Both the position numbers and the translations under genes were made by a program. From positions 33,356,001 to 33,420,000 of the forward strand of contig NC_043012.1 in NCBI RefSeq assembly GCF_006345805.1: a stretch of 64,000 nucleotides of DNA, read 5' to 3'. The stretch is from Octopus sinensis. Its lineage: Eukaryota. This document shows, one piece after another, positions 16,800 to 31,029 of this stretch (the stretch's first letter is position 1; the number at the start of each line of letters is the position of its first letter). Below the pieces are notes generated by a model. It had not been told where the DNA came from. It did no database searches and was given only the letters and a program-made list of their open reading frames with translations.

Positions 16800-17915
16800 A
16801 GCACTACTCAAAGAACAAGAACAACAACAAGTGTTACAGCAACAAACACTACAACTAATGAAGTCGGTAATGAAACCAGAAAATACATTTTTCACCAGAC
16901 CATGGAGCATTTTCGGGAAATGAATTTAAATATGACCCGGAAGAAGAAGTCACGTTCGAGGCATATTACCAAAAATTTGAATAAAATTTCGAAAAAGAAT
17001 GCCAAGATTGGATGAATGAAATGAAAACGCATCTAATTCGGAGGAACCCAGCGACGGTAGAGCATGAGAAATACTGTAACTTTATATTGCATAAAAAGTT
17101 TCTGACATAAATTTCATGGACACCTTTGATATTTTATGTAAGATTTTCAGTGAAAAAACATCGTTATTTACCACACGTTGGAAGTGTTTGAACCCTGATA
17201 AAGGAGATGAGAAACACTTTACCACATATGCGGGTAGAGTGGTAAGAGAGTGTGAGATATTTAAACTGGATAAACTAACTCCAGACTCGTTCGTGTGTTT
17301 GATCTTTGCTCAGAGACTTACTGCTAAAAAGAACACAGAAGTCGGAACGAAAATTCTCACAAAGCTGGAAACGAACCAGTATATAACTCTACAGAAACTG
17401 TCAGAAGAGTGCGATACGATATTAAAAGTAAGACACGACGCAGAGATTGTTTGCAGATAAAACCAGTGTGGAAGAGTTGGAAGACGGATAAAATGTTTCA
17501 CAAAAAACACTATATTCAACCGTAGATAAACCCATGTACGGCATGCGGTGATAGGTACCTGAGAAAAGAGTGTCCGTTTAAAAAAAAAAAGAAAAAGCAA
17601 AGTGCTTTCATTTTGGGAACACAGGACACATTAAATCGCACTGCAGGACTAAGATGACGAAAAATTAGACCAAACGAGAAAAAATAAATAGTTTGTCACC
17701 AGAGAAAAAAGTTCGTGCAACGAACGGAAAATACATCAAGGTGGGAATCGAAATAACTAGTGTGAAAATGCAATTAGACACTGGTAGTTACGTCACTATC
17801 ATAAATGAAGAAACATGGCCACAAATCGGTAAGCCGAAATTATTTAAGTCAAATAAAATAGCATCAGGTGTTACAGGAAAGAAATTATATTTCATCGGCG
17901 AATGTATTTGCAACG
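16800..17915 (+). mobile_element. Ty3/Gypsy LTR-retrotransposon remnant: gag, zinc knuckles, aspartic protease
   Basis: FKYDPEEEVTFEAYY; KIFSEKTSLFTTRWKCLN...FTTYAGRV; degenerate CCHC motifs near 17535-17645; protease KMQLDTGSYVTIINEETW; several stops and frameshifts. Confidence 0.85.
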
Positions 17916-18003
17916 TAATCGACTGATCTCCTTCCCCCAAACTTTCAGGCTTTATGCCAATAGTAGAAAAGATTATTATCATTATTATTATTATTATTAT
18001 TAC

Positions 18004-18069
<66 letters not shown>

Positions 18070-18072
18070 GAT

Positions 18073-18413
18073 TGAGTGAGAGAGCAGTGCATGCCATCAA
18101 AGTGACACTAGGGTACAAATATACGAAGCCCAATACACTTATCATGACTACCTGTCTGATAAGGGTACACCAGGCACATGCATCACAACCGTGTGTGCGC
18201 GGCATGGTGATCTCATATCAAGATAAACAGCACATGACCTTGCAGGTGGGGCTCAGTTAGAATTTTCTTTAGGCCCAGCCCACTCAAAAAGTCCCTGAAT
18301 AAGGATTGTTTAAGGATGTTGAACGAAACACCCATCTTTCCAGTGGTGAATTATTCAAATCCCAAAGAATTCCTCTCAACACATGACTATGATGCTCCCC
18401 CACTACTTCTGCT
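18073..18413 (-). mobile_element. Partial ~550-bp (TAA)n-associated element next to the (TTA)n tail of a SINE
   Basis: Starts tgagtgagagagcagtgcatgccatcaaagtgacac after the (TTA)n array. Confidence 0.85.
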
Positions 18414-18433
18414 TATGATCACATACACACACA

Positions 18434-18473
<40 letters not shown>

Positions 18474-19929
18474 CGCGCGTGCACACACACACACACACAA
18501 ACAAACGCACATACCCAAACATGTACAGATATAGTATTTATTTAAACTGAATTTCTTTCTCACAACTCGAGTTTCAAGCCACAGCGATCACCAGGCTGGC
18601 TACCGTAACTCAGTAATTCTATTACGTTTCTTTTTTTCGTTCCTCGGTTCAGGTTTATTCTTTTCTGTTTGGCTCTTGACTCGGTGGAGCATACAGTATG
18701 TGTCTATGCGAGAGAAAGGAGCTGCACAAGTAGTGGTCCGATGCTCACTTCAGCAGTGGAGGTTGTAAAAATGCGAAGTGAAATACCTTTCCAAATGCCA
18801 CAATGTGCCGCCGGCCCAGGTATCGAATCTATAATCTCATTATCGTAAGACCAGCATCCAAACCACTAAGTTACACGTCTTCAAACGCGCTCGCGCACTC
18901 ACACAGTTGCCCATGTAGTGTTGCCTTTGTATTGGCTGCTACATGTGCAGAAATGTATATCACCTATTTTTTCCTGACCACCACCACCACCACCACCACC
19001 ACCACCACTTCTTTTACTACTAGCACCATCACAATCAGAATCCATTGAGTGCATTTAGTAAAGAATGGTTGGTTGGCGAATGAAAGAAAAACAGAGAGGA
19101 AGAACAAGAAAAGGAGGGAACGAAAAAATGAAAGAGGCAAAAAAACAACGCGTGGAAGAAGAAAAGGAAAAATGAAAATGAAAGAAAGAAATGAATGGTA
19201 GAAAGAAATTCCGGATAGAAAAAGAATGAAATAATAAAAAAGAATAAAAGAAAAACCTTGTAAAAAGGCGACCAAAAAGACAATAGTAATGAATAGATTA
19301 AGATGCAGCATCTGATGTGTTTTTGTATCTGTTTTGTCTTTCTTATCTCTTTTATCTGGTTTTCGAAGTTCTCTGTGTTTTCTATATCTTTCTTGTGTCG
19401 TTCACTTTACTTCTTGCTTTTCAAAATGGCTCAAAACCAATAGTAAAACTTGTCCCTTTCTTTTTTTATATAGAAAACATTCCCAGTGAAAATAATAGAC
19501 CAGCCATGTTAATTCTTTGGATGGCTTACATCAGTTCTGAAATCAGTTTTGCTTTTTCGTACTATGTGTTTGTTGTTTCAGTTGTTTTTTTCTTTTTTGC
19601 CTTTTTTTGTGTCAGGTGGTGATTGTATGGAGAATATGTTGTATTATTTTGCTTTGTAGAGTATGTCTTGAATAAATTGTATTATTTTCTTTTATGGTTA
19701 TTGTACTGGTTGTGTACTGAGATGATACTGTTTGAGCGGTGTTTTTCAATTGAAAATATCTTGTGTAGGATAGGGGCATATGTCTAATAGGGTTATATCT
19801 TGGATTATGTGCAACACTATTAAACCTTGGAATAGTTTCTGTGTATTTGTTCGTATTTGTATATCAGAGTTAGTATTCCGAGTTTTATTAGTACTGTTTA
19901 AACATCCAAACAACAGGCCCTGCATATAT

Positions 19930-20203
19930 TAGTTTTTAGATCCTTGTAATTTGGCAGTTTCTCCACCTTCTTCAAGGAAATGCTTTGATCAGAGTATAAG
20001 CTTTTTGTGCATGTCCTTGATAATGATATCTGGATGGTCAGCCTTGATCTCTTTGCCAGCCTGAGCTGGAATGTTACAGACGACTGTGGCCATTTGCTAT
20101 ATACTATGTTTGGTTGATGTTTATATATATTTATATTTTTTGTTATATAAGAACTGAAGATATGAATACGCCTGTCGCATTGAGTACTTGCATGTGTCAA
20201 TGT

Positions 20204-20239
<36 letters not shown>

Positions 20240-21100
20240 CAATTGGTTGAGTAAACTCAAACTTTGTAACAACTATGAAACTTGAATAATGATGTGGTCG
20301 TTTCATTATACTAATTGTTTAGTCTACCTCATGTGACCATTTGCTTTCATTATTATATTTTTGTAATTATTTGTGAGCAGGTTGTGAATCTGTACCGCTC
20401 AAATCAGGCTTACTGTTTCTACTCCATTGATGGCTTTCGGTCTAGTTTACTTCCTCCCTGTTCAGTCTTTCCGTGTATTTACCATGGATGTTTTTTTTTC
20501 TTTCTTTCGATTTTTCTTGAGAATCTTTGATTTTGTCTTGCCTTTTTTTCTGTTATTTTGTCCTCACCTAATTTCTTGTTTCACCGGTGTACTTTCCACT
20601 CTGCACTTTATTACTTCTTTATAAAGAATAAAAAAAATCAGTCTCTTTGTTTTCATGTTTTCCTACTGCATCAGTCAATTTGCCTTTTCTTATTTCTAAG
20701 TATTCCCAAGACTCGCTGTCGCTATTTTGTAGCAGTTTTCTATTTGTGTCAGACCTCGCCCTCTCATGTACAGGTTAGCTATATCTGTGCGTATTAGCTT
20801 TTAGGTGGTATCTTTAGAAATCTATTAGTAGTTTATTACTGTTTTTCCTATCTAAGCCCTTGAATTTCCTTAATTTCTATTTAAATATCTTGAAACTGTT
20901 GTGTATAACTAGGCTAGTTAGCACGTTTACATTTACAAAATCCTGGTGTAAAACTCCAATTAAAAGCTCTCAGTTTTTGTTACCTCATTCTTCATGCAAT
21001 GGGCATTAAATGTTTGCCCGATTCCATGTCTTCGCTGCATTTGTGAACAATTTTAGTAAGATTTCCCGCTAGATATTGTCCCTAGTAAATATGTTTTGGT
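19930..21100 (-). pseudogene. Highly decayed R4/Dong-type ORF2 fragments (post-RT region and RLE)
   Basis: Minus-strand LDRK..KLL...DIANLYM.GRGLTQIENCYKIAT (about 20720-20870) and KEIKADHPDIIIKD...SISLKKVEKLPNYKDLK (about 19935-20065). Confidence 0.65.
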
Positions 21101-21890
21101 TATTCGTATAGACAGAATGATGTATACGAGGTGTGTGTGTGTGGAGAGGCGCTGAAAAGTTCTTGGTCTTAAAGGATTCGCAAAAAGTCGCTTGGCAATG
21201 ATACGGTCGCAAGTTAGTTCCATGATACTGCACCTTAAGCAAGTGTCTTCATTGTAACGCTATGGTGACCCGTGCTTTTGCGAGCAGAGACTGACATGTG
21301 TGTATATGTATGTTTATGTTTACACTGGTTAATAGCTGTGGATTTTTGTGCTGATTCACTATGCGATCAGTAAAGTTTACGGTTTGACACATATAATAAG
21401 GTCTGAAATCGATCCGATCAATTAAAGTCAATGAAGGTGTGCTCCAGCATGGACGTAGTACAATCACTTGAAATCAATAGAAGTGTAAAAAGGCGTGATT
21501 GTGTGGCAAAAGAGCTGATCGAATAAGTACCAGGTTTTACCAATAAATAAATAAATAAATAATAAAATAAAAATAAAATAATAATGATAATAAGTTCTGG
21601 GATCGATTTGTTCGACTAAAATTCTTCAAGGCGGTGCCCCAGCATGACCGCAGTCAAATGACTGAAACAATTGAAATGAAAAATAAAAAAGAATATTAAC
21701 ATAATATATATTCATTAATAATTTCTAACAATTAGCAGTAGTGGTGGTGGTGGTGGTGGTGATAGTAGTATTAGTCATAGTGTCAATAGTAGTAGTAGAT
21801 GTAGCAGTAGCAGTAGCAGCAGCAGCAGCAGTAGCAGTAGTAGTAGTAGTAGTTGTAGTAGTAGTAGTAGTTGTAGTAGTAGTAGTAGTT

Positions 21891-21935
<45 letters not shown>

Positions 21936-22904
21936 ACCACACCATTTTCTAGGCCATTCTTATTGTCGTTGCCATTCGCAACAATATCGCCATCATCATC
22001 AGCATCATCATCGCACCAATATCGAAATCCTCCTCTTCCTCCTCCTCCCCTCTCGTTTGAAAATGACTTAACACAAAGTGTAGTTTAAATGGTTGAACAT
22101 TTCCATTTCGCCATTCCAGTTATGGATTTGCACTCTTGCAGAATCATTGAGATGAAGACACTTTATTAGATATTGGCGGCTGTGATTAGCGCATTTAGTT
22201 GGTTTTTGAAATAGAAAGAAAGTAAATGTGGGAGGAGAAAGAGGGCAAGGGGGAGGACTACGACGACGACGAGCAGGACAGAAGAAAGAGTGAAGGAAGA
22301 GGAGAGTGAGAGGATATTAATGCAAATAGTGATGATGATGATGATGACGATGATGATGATAGCAATGGTGACGATGATGGTTTCTCACAATTTCAAGTCT
22401 AAGAAAGATATAAAATCTTGAATCAATTAGTAATTAATTGGTGGTTTTCCTAATACGTTGTTGAGATAGAGCAAACAAAGACTGCCTCTGCCTGGTCAAT
22501 CGACCTGCCACACACAGTAGCTAATTCTCTGTCAGTCTCCATCGCATCAAACCATACTGTTTTAAACACTAGAGTACATACATTGCACAATAGAGTCCGA
22601 AATGTAGAGACCTGACCTAGGGTTAAATAGCAACATCAAACATGGTGAAATCCGAGCAAACGAAGCAGCCTCTAAGTGGCCAACCCAGAAATGGCAGCCA
22701 TGTCTCTCTCAAATCTTCTCCTGTTTTAAAAACCTATTAGGAGAGGGTTCTACATACAGTGGGAGGCATCGAATTGGTTGTCTAGGCGCCGGGGGGGGGG
22801 AGGATTGTATTAGGCGTTCCGGTCCACTGAGTTCAAAACTGGTCAACTTTAATTTGCATTAATTCGGGCTTCATGAAAGATGTACCAGTCAAAAATCCTC
22901 CTCC

Positions 22905-23840
22905 TCTCTTCCTCCTCCTCTTTCTCTTCCTCTTCCTCCTCTCCCTGCTCTACCCTCCTCTCCCTGCTCTCCCCTCCACTTCCTCCTCCTCTTCCTCCTC
23001 CTCCACATCCTCCTCCACCTCCTCCTCCACCTCCTCCTCCTCCTCCTCCTCCTCCTCCTCCACCTCCTCCTCCACCTCCTCCTCCTCCTATTTTCCTCCT
23101 CTTCCTTTTTTTCCTCCTCCTTTTCCTCCTCTTCCTCCTCCTCTCCCTCCTCTCCCTCTCTTCCTCCTCCTCTCCATCCCTCCTCTCCCTCCTCTCCCTC
23201 CTCTCCCCCCTCCTCTCCCTCTCTTCTCTCCTCCCCTCCCCCCCTCTTCCTCCTCCTCTCCCTCTCTTCCTCCGCCTCCCCCTCCTCTCCCTCTCTTCCT
23301 CCTCCCCTCCCCCTCTTCCTCCTCCTCTCCCTCTCTTCCTCCGCCTCTCCCTCCTCTCCCTCCTCTTCCTTCTCTTCCTCCTCCTCTCCCTCTCTTCCTC
23401 CGCCTCTCCCTCCTCTTCCTTCTCTTCCTCCGTTTCCTCTTCCTCTCCTCTCCCCTCCCCTTCATTTTATTCCTCTTCCCCCTCTTCCCCTTTCTTCTCT
23501 TCCTCCGCTTCCTCCTCCTCCTCCTCCTCTCCCATCCTCTTCCTTCTATTCCTCTTCCTCCCCTTCCCCTTCCCCTTCCCCTTCCTTCTATTCTCCTTCC
23601 CCTTCCTTCTCTTCCCCTTCCCCTTCCTTCTCTTCCTCCGCTTCCCTCTTCCTTCTCTTCCTCCGCTTCCTCTTCCTTCTCTTCTTCCGCTTCCTCTTCC
23701 TCCTTTTCCTTCTCTTCCTCTTCCTCTCCTTCCTCTCCCCTTCCTCCTTCTCCTCCTCCTCGCCCGTTTACTCTCCTCCCCTTCCCTCATTATCATCATC
23801 GTCGTTGTTCTTCTCTCTGCCCTACCTCTCTCTCTCACTT
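22905..23840. repeat. ~930-bp polypyrimidine/polypurine low-complexity tract (CCT/CTT/CTC mosaics)
   Basis: Almost exclusively C/T on the plus strand, with internal ~60-bp reiterations. Confidence 0.95.
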
Positions 23841-24222
23841 GCGCAGAATTATTTACGCTGTGCTATTATGAGAGAACTGCGAGAGTCTGCTCACCGACTC
23901 TGCTCTGTCAGAAAAGACAGGAAGGAGACTCTACTGCCATACTTTAAAAACTCTAAGATAGTTTTGTGGTTACAGATGATACTGAGAAATAAAAAAATAA
24001 AGAAAACCAGTATGATCACAGCTGGAACGCCTTTAAAGGATAGGTCTACCACATCAGAACCACCAAAAACATAGTAACAACAACGGTAGAGAAGAAGCTT
24101 TTATGTTTCTTGTTCCTAATAAATGAAATGAATTAGACATTGTTATAAAGTGCATTTCACCAAATAAGGACCTTCACTCAGTTGATATGAATAAGTTCCA
24201 GATCATGTTTTTATGGTTTACT

Positions 24223-24608
24223 GGGGAAGCACTCCGTCGGTTCCGTCGACGAGGGTTCCGGTTGATCCGATCAACGGAACAGCCTGCTCGTGAAATTAAC
24301 GTGTAAGTGGCTGAGCACTCCACAGACACGTGTACCCATAACGTAGTTCTCGGGGATATTCAGCAAGACACAAAGAGTGACAAGGCCGGCCCTTTGAAAT
24401 ACAGGTACAACAGAAACAGGAAGTAAGAGTGAGAGAGAGTTGTGGTGAAAGAGTACAGCAGGGATCACCACCATCCCCTGCCGGAGCCTCGTGGCGCTTT
24501 TAGGTGTTTTCGCTCAATAAACACTCACAACGCCCGGTCTGGGAATCGAAACCGCGATCCTACGACTGCGAGTCCGCTGCCCTAACCACTGGGCCATTGC
24601 GCCTCCAC
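24223..24608 (-). mobile_element. S2 SINE, full length, with 12-bp TSD
   Basis: TSD ttatggtttact at 24211-24222 and 24609-24620. Confidence 0.93.
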
Positions 24609-25827
24609 TTATGGTTTACTAAAACAACGAAGGACATAAACTTTTAAGAAGCTTGTTTGGCCCCGGCTCAGACAACCCAGTACTAAACTGACGTGTAAGC
24701 AAAGGTATTCTGTTCGTAACCATCTTGTCCTTTTAGGGTGATTGGTGGACTCCATTATCTGAGAACTTTCCTTTAGATGAAAAATTAGCGGTTATTTCTA
24801 ACAGGTCGAGTGATCGAAAATAAATGCAAATGCATTGTTGTTGTTGTTGTTGCTGCTGTTGTTGTTGTGGTTGCTGCTGCTTGGCCACAGTTCAACAGAG
24901 TCAAGCAGAATTATGGTCAAAGGTGTTGATGTCATGACCATCCTGTCTTTTTATAATAAGATCTTTCACTAGTTAAGTCGAAAGCGCGTGATTTGGAGGA
25001 AATTTGGCTGTTATTTCTACCAGATCAAGTGATTATGTGAAGGTCTTCAAGGTGTTTGAGATGGGACGTGGTAATGGTGGATGGAAATTTCGAAATTCTG
25101 AAACCAGAGACTTTGTCTGATGCATTAAAACAAAGCGGACTCTAAGAAAGCACTCAATGGTCAGCTGGTACTGTTAAACTTGGACCAGATGTAACAGAGT
25201 GGACCCCGCTAACCGCATACGAGGGTTCAAGTGGCGGTTTCCTTTTGCTGGATATACCAACTCAAACTAGCGCATTACAAATGAAAACGATGGTCTTTAC
25301 CACTGTTTCCATCTCTTCCATTTCACTCAGAAGAATTTGATCGATTCGAACAGAGGACACATATCTAGAAAGCCTAGATGAAGCACTATGTAACGGATTG
25401 AAACTGGAACGACGCAATTTCTAAACGACCTTCTTAATTACAAGACCAGAGGAAGTTGCTTGTTATATGTGCAAAATTGCACAAAGAAAAACATTTCAAA
25501 TGTCCAATGAGGTTTTACTAGATGGCTATAAGTTAAAAATTAGTAATATTTCATTTCTATCTGAGAGTACCAAGTACACAATACTAAGCTGAACACATAA
25601 TTACAAGTGTTGGGGAGAAAGAGGTATCGATAGTTAGGATAGAGTAATTGGTATTGTAGTGTGGAGCTGATGGAGGGGCAGGGAGAACTCATTAATTCAA
25701 TATAATACAGATTCTTTTCTCTTCTCTCCCACTCTGCCTGCCTGTTTGTCTGTTTGTTTGTGTGTCAGGGATTTTTCTGTGTATGGTCGCACGTTTAAAC
25801 ACCGATATATATATTATATATATATAT

Positions 25828-25878
<51 letters not shown>

Positions 25879-25880
25879 CA

Positions 25881-25924
<44 letters not shown>

Positions 25925-26392
25925 ATATATAGAGCGAGAGAGAGAGAGAGAGAGGGGGAGGTATTTATATAAGTACACGTATATATGTGTATAAATTGTA
26001 TACACATACATATATATATATACAAGTGCATATGTGTGTGTATGTGCATGTATGCGTGTGTGTGTGTGCTACACTCGCCCTTTCTCCCTTTCTCTTGTAT
26101 ATATCTTGGTAGGAATCAATTAACTGTCAGCTTGGATGATATATACACACACATACACACACAAAAACACATACACAGATATATAGATATATGTATAGAC
26201 TGTTTGAAGTGGTGTATACACACATATATAAAATATATCTACATATATCTATATAAAATATATGACATAGGACATATGATATATATATTATATATAAATT
26301 ATGTTATATAGATAAATATATATACATACATACATACATACATACGCACATACATGTGTGTGTTGGTACATATATCTATAAGTGTATGTGTT

Positions 26393-26461
<69 letters not shown>

Positions 26462-26596
26462 CTATCTATATATACATATATATGCGTCTCTCTCTATATA
26501 TACATATGTATGTATATGTGTATGTATGTAAGTATGTATGTGTATGTACGTACATATGTATGTATGTATCTCTCTCTCTCTCTATATATATATACG

Positions 26597-26627
<31 letters not shown>

Positions 26628-26649
26628 TATACATAGACACACACACACA

Positions 26650-26749
<100 letters not shown>

Positions 26750-27033
26750 TATATATTCATGTTTAGAACATTAGCAATGAAATCCAGATTTCGAAATCTG
26801 ATAACACTGTTGGGTTCTTTGATTTCTGTATATCAAAAGAATCGTGATTTTCAATTGGCATCCGTGCTAATGTGCTGGTGATTCTGCCATAATGTACAAA
26901 TAGTCTCCTTGGACTCTATCATTATTATGAAAATTATCAAGGAGAATCTCCCAGAAGTTCCTGCTTTTTAACGTGTGATTATTGGCCATTCAGTTTGAAG
27001 AAGAAATGTCCTATTAAGCTTGTGTGCACAGTA

Positions 27034-27104
<71 letters not shown>

Positions 27105-27134
27105 CTATCTATCCATTGTTGTTTGTTGTTGTTG

Positions 27135-27214
<80 letters not shown>

Positions 27215-27426
27215 GTGAAGGTGGCAAGGTGGTAGTATTTCTTCGGTTTTTTTTTATGTTCTGAGTTCAAATTATTATCAAGGTGCCAATTTGGTAGAAT
27301 TATTCCTCTGAGGTCGACTTTACATTTCGGAGTCGATTAAATAAGTACCAGTCGGACATTGGGGTCAATGTAATCGACTAATCTCCTTCCCCCAAACTTT
27401 CAGGCTTTATGCCAATAGTAGAAAAG

Positions 27427-27430
<4 letters not shown>
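27215..27430 (+). mobile_element. tRNA-head SINE (family S3, Meta-like central domain) with (TTA)n tail
   Basis: gaggtcgactttacatttcggagtcgattaaataagtaccag domain; 3' end nearly identical to 17916-17975. Confidence 0.7.
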
Positions 27431-27470
<40 letters not shown>

Positions 27471-27471
<1 letters not shown>

Positions 27472-28577
27472 GAGTGAGCGAGCAGAGCATGCCATCAAAG
27501 TGACACTGGGGTAAAATATACGAAGCCCAGTATACCCATCATGACTACCCGTCTGATAAGGGTACACCAGGCACATGCATCACAACCATATGTGCGCGAC
27601 ATGGTGATCTCATATCAAGATAAACAGCACATGACCTTGCAGTGGAGCCCAGTTAGAATTTTCTTCAGATCGAGTAACCCATCCCGCTCAAAAGGTCCTT
27701 GAATAAGGGTTATTTAAGGACGTTGAACGAAACACCTATGTTTCCAGAGGTGAATTATTCAAACCCCAAAGAATCCTTCTCACACATGGCTATGATGCTC
27801 CCCCACTACTTCTGCTCGTGATCAGAGATGCACATATCGTCAGCCACTAAGGGACATGCTCAACTGGTTAAGGTCAAACAACTGACAAGCAAATCTGTGG
27901 TATTGAGCAGAATATTTGCTGTAGCCCATCTTTTATACCAAGACAAAACAATGTACATGATAACACTTCCAATCAGTTAAGATCAGAAGGCATGAGAGCC
28001 ACTGCCTGGTACTGCATCAGTGAGTGAGAGAGCAGTGCATGCCATCAAAGTGACACTGGGGTAAAATATACGAAACCCAATATACCCATCATGACTACCC
28101 GTCTGATAAGGGTACACCAGGCACATACATCAAAACCATATGTGCACAACATGGTGATCTCATATCAAGATAAACAGCGTATGACCTTGCATGTGGGGCC
28201 CAGTTGGAATTTTCTTGAGGTCGAGTAACCCATCCCACTCAAAAGGTTCCTGAATGAGGGCTGTTTAAGAATGTTGAACGAAACACCCATGTTTCCAGGG
28301 GTGAATTATCCAAACCTCCAAGAATTCCTTTCAACACACAGCTATGATGCTCTTCCACTACTTCTACCCATGAACAGAGATGCACATATCGTCAGCCACT
28401 AAGGGACATACTCAACTGGTTAAAGTCAAACAACTGACAAGCAAATCTGTGGTATTGAGCAGAATATTTGCTGCAGCCCATCTTCTATACCAAGACAAAA
28501 CAATGTACATGATAACACTTCCAATCAGTTTAGATCAGAAGCCATGAGAACCATTGCCTGGTACTGCATCAGGGCAT
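27471..28577 (-). mobile_element. Head-to-tail dimer of the ~550-bp (TAA)n-associated element (27471-28020, 28021-28577)
   Basis: Junction actgcatcag|tgagtgagag with no intervening TTA; outer flanks (TTA)n and (TTG)n(TTA)n; third partial copy at 28794-28908. Confidence 0.92.
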
Positions 28578-28578
28578 C

Positions 28579-28613
<35 letters not shown>

Positions 28614-28644
28614 GCTATCATTATCCTTATTATTATTATTATTA

Positions 28645-28783
<139 letters not shown>

Positions 28784-28908
28784 TTATTGTTATTGAGTGA
28801 GAGAGTAGTGCATGTCATCAAAGTGATACTGGGGTAAAATATACGAAGCCCAGTATACCCTTCATGACTACCCGTCCGATAAGGGTACTCTAGGCACATG
28901 CATCACAA

Positions 28909-29770
28909 GTACTTGCTAGACTTTTATTGAATAAGATGTTTGAAGATATCAGTCCGACAGTCATCCCTGAATCCCAGAGTGACTTTAGATCAGGTAGGGG
29001 AACAATCGACTTGACAATCTGTGCTAGATAAATAGGAGAGAAATGCACTGAACAGCAGGTGTCTTTATATCAAGTCTTTGTTGATTTAACGAAAGCTCTT
29101 GATACAGTTAACAGAGATGCATTGTGGATAATCCTCGGAAAGGCCGGGTGTCCACCACTGTTTGTCTGTATGTTTAACCCTTTTGATACCGTATTTCTTT
29201 TGAGATGCCCTGTGTTTCTTTCAATTAATTTTAAATATAACCAAGAATTTAGTAAAATAACTTAGTTATCATTAAGCTAGTGTTAGGAACATAAATTGTG
29301 ACTAAGGTTTGGTGGAAGATTTTAATTCAGAACTTATGGAAACAAGACATTTGTACAACAGAGCCAGAGCCGGTTTTAGCCGGGTTGGTAACGAAAGGGT
29401 TGAGCGGCTGCATCGAAATATGAAGGCTCAATGGAATAAGACAAGGCGATATTCTTGCTCCCACACATTTTTCGATAATCTTTGCTGCTCTGCTTATTTA
29501 CGACTGGGAAGGTCGTCCTCTTCTGTTTAGAACTACTGGTTGAGTCGTTAACTTAAGAACGTTCAACTTCAAGTCGGAAATGATAATGTTTGAAACTTTA
29601 ATCAAGGAACTCCTTTGTGCAGACGACATTGACTTTCTGGGCCACATTGCCGATAACACACAGTACATTATGAATCGTTTTGCTGCTTCATGTACGACCT
29701 TTCGTCTTAAAATAAGTCCGAAAAAAATTCCCCTGGTAAATGCTCACACCTACACCAAGCGAAACGTATG
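28909..29770 (+). pseudogene. RTE-clade LINE reverse-transcriptase fragment
   Basis: ESQSDFRSGRGTID...VFVDLTKALDTVNRDALW; IKELLCADD...FRLKISPKK. Confidence 0.88.
29178..29399. mobile_element. piggyBac-type MITE inserted in the RTE fragment
   Basis: Termini ccctttt gatacc / ggtaacgaaaggg; TTAA (29174-29177) and TTGA (29400-29403) flanks; removal restores RTE frame MFKRLHRNMK. Confidence 0.85.
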
Positions 29771-31029
29771 TTAAGCCAGATATCGTAGAAGATATCGAAG
29801 GGAAACGAAGAAGGGTCAGAGAGCTTTGCTATCGTGTTCTCTCAGTCTTGACCAACATTAAATATAGCAGCACAAACCGCCTTAGAACCACACGCTATCG
29901 TCTTAAACAGAAGGACATGGGTGATAATGTAATCCTAAATACACTGTCTTGACCAACAGTACGTGATGGCCACGATCGGAACGTCTTAATGATAGGTCTA
30001 CTCAGTAAGGAATGACCTGTCGGATAAAGAGCAACAACAACAACAACAACAACAACAACATATCGTGAACCATCGATTGTGGTAGCCGTTCCAACTGCTG
30101 GAAATAGTAACCAAATCTCTTTCAAATCCCATATTACTACTTTAGAAATGGAAAAATTCTTTGAATAATGGACTTCTAGAATCATTATTCTGAAAAGAAA
30201 ATGGGGGTAATCACGGTTGGATTGTCTTTAATAATAAATCCGTTTCGTCGCAACTAAGAAAAGAACTACAAAGTAATGATACGAAGAAACTACCACCAAC
30301 GGCGCATCATTAGTTATTTTTAATTTAATTTTTTAAAATTTCCAATTTGGTGGCGATAATTTCCTAGATCAATCACCAGCACACCATGTGACATTTATAA
30401 TAATTGCACTTTTTTAGTGGAAGAAGAAGAAATTCCAAGATTGCAATATTTAAATCCAACAATTCAAAATTATTCTTTAAAATGTTTAAGAATTCAAACT
30501 ATAACCTTTCTTAGAAGAAACGACCTGAATTACATTAACGATATAATTACCACAATATATAAAGAAAAAGAGAAAAAGAGAAAAGCTCTCTTGTAAATAG
30601 ATTCATCATTTCTTCAACGAAGTTCATGTTAATTACGCTAGTAAAAAGTCTTGGAATTCCTTGTTGGCCCCCACACTTGTTGTGACTCAAAGCAATTATG
30701 CCAAACTGAAACCTATTTATTTTTAACTCCTCGGTTGGCATTATATTAAAATTGTTCATATCATCGTTGTCATTATCAGTTATGGCATCGTCATCATTTG
30801 CATCATCATCAACAAAGTAACGGGCTGGCAGAATCGTTAGCACATAGGAAAAAAAATGCTTAGAGACACTTTTTTTTCGATTCTTTACATTTTGTGTTCA
30901 ATTCCTGTTGAAGTCAACTTTGCCTTTCTTCCTTTCAGAGTGGATAAAATAAAGTACGAGTCAAGTACTGGTGCCTATGTAATTGGTTTACTCTTTGTCA
31001 GCCGTCCACAGCTAGTAAAGTATGGTAAC

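Noticed and set aside
19620-19900. Penelope-like LHKIF...SIISVHN peptide on the minus strand
   Set aside because: Too short and degenerate to call.
22873-23947. 332-aa and 355-aa Pro/Ser/Leu-rich ORFs
   Set aside because: A pyrimidine-only tract cannot contain stop codons; no domain or splice evidence.
27471-28577. HDV-like ribozyme at the 5' end of the 550-bp element
   Set aside because: Only a simple hairpin could be drawn; no nested double pseudoknot found by eye.
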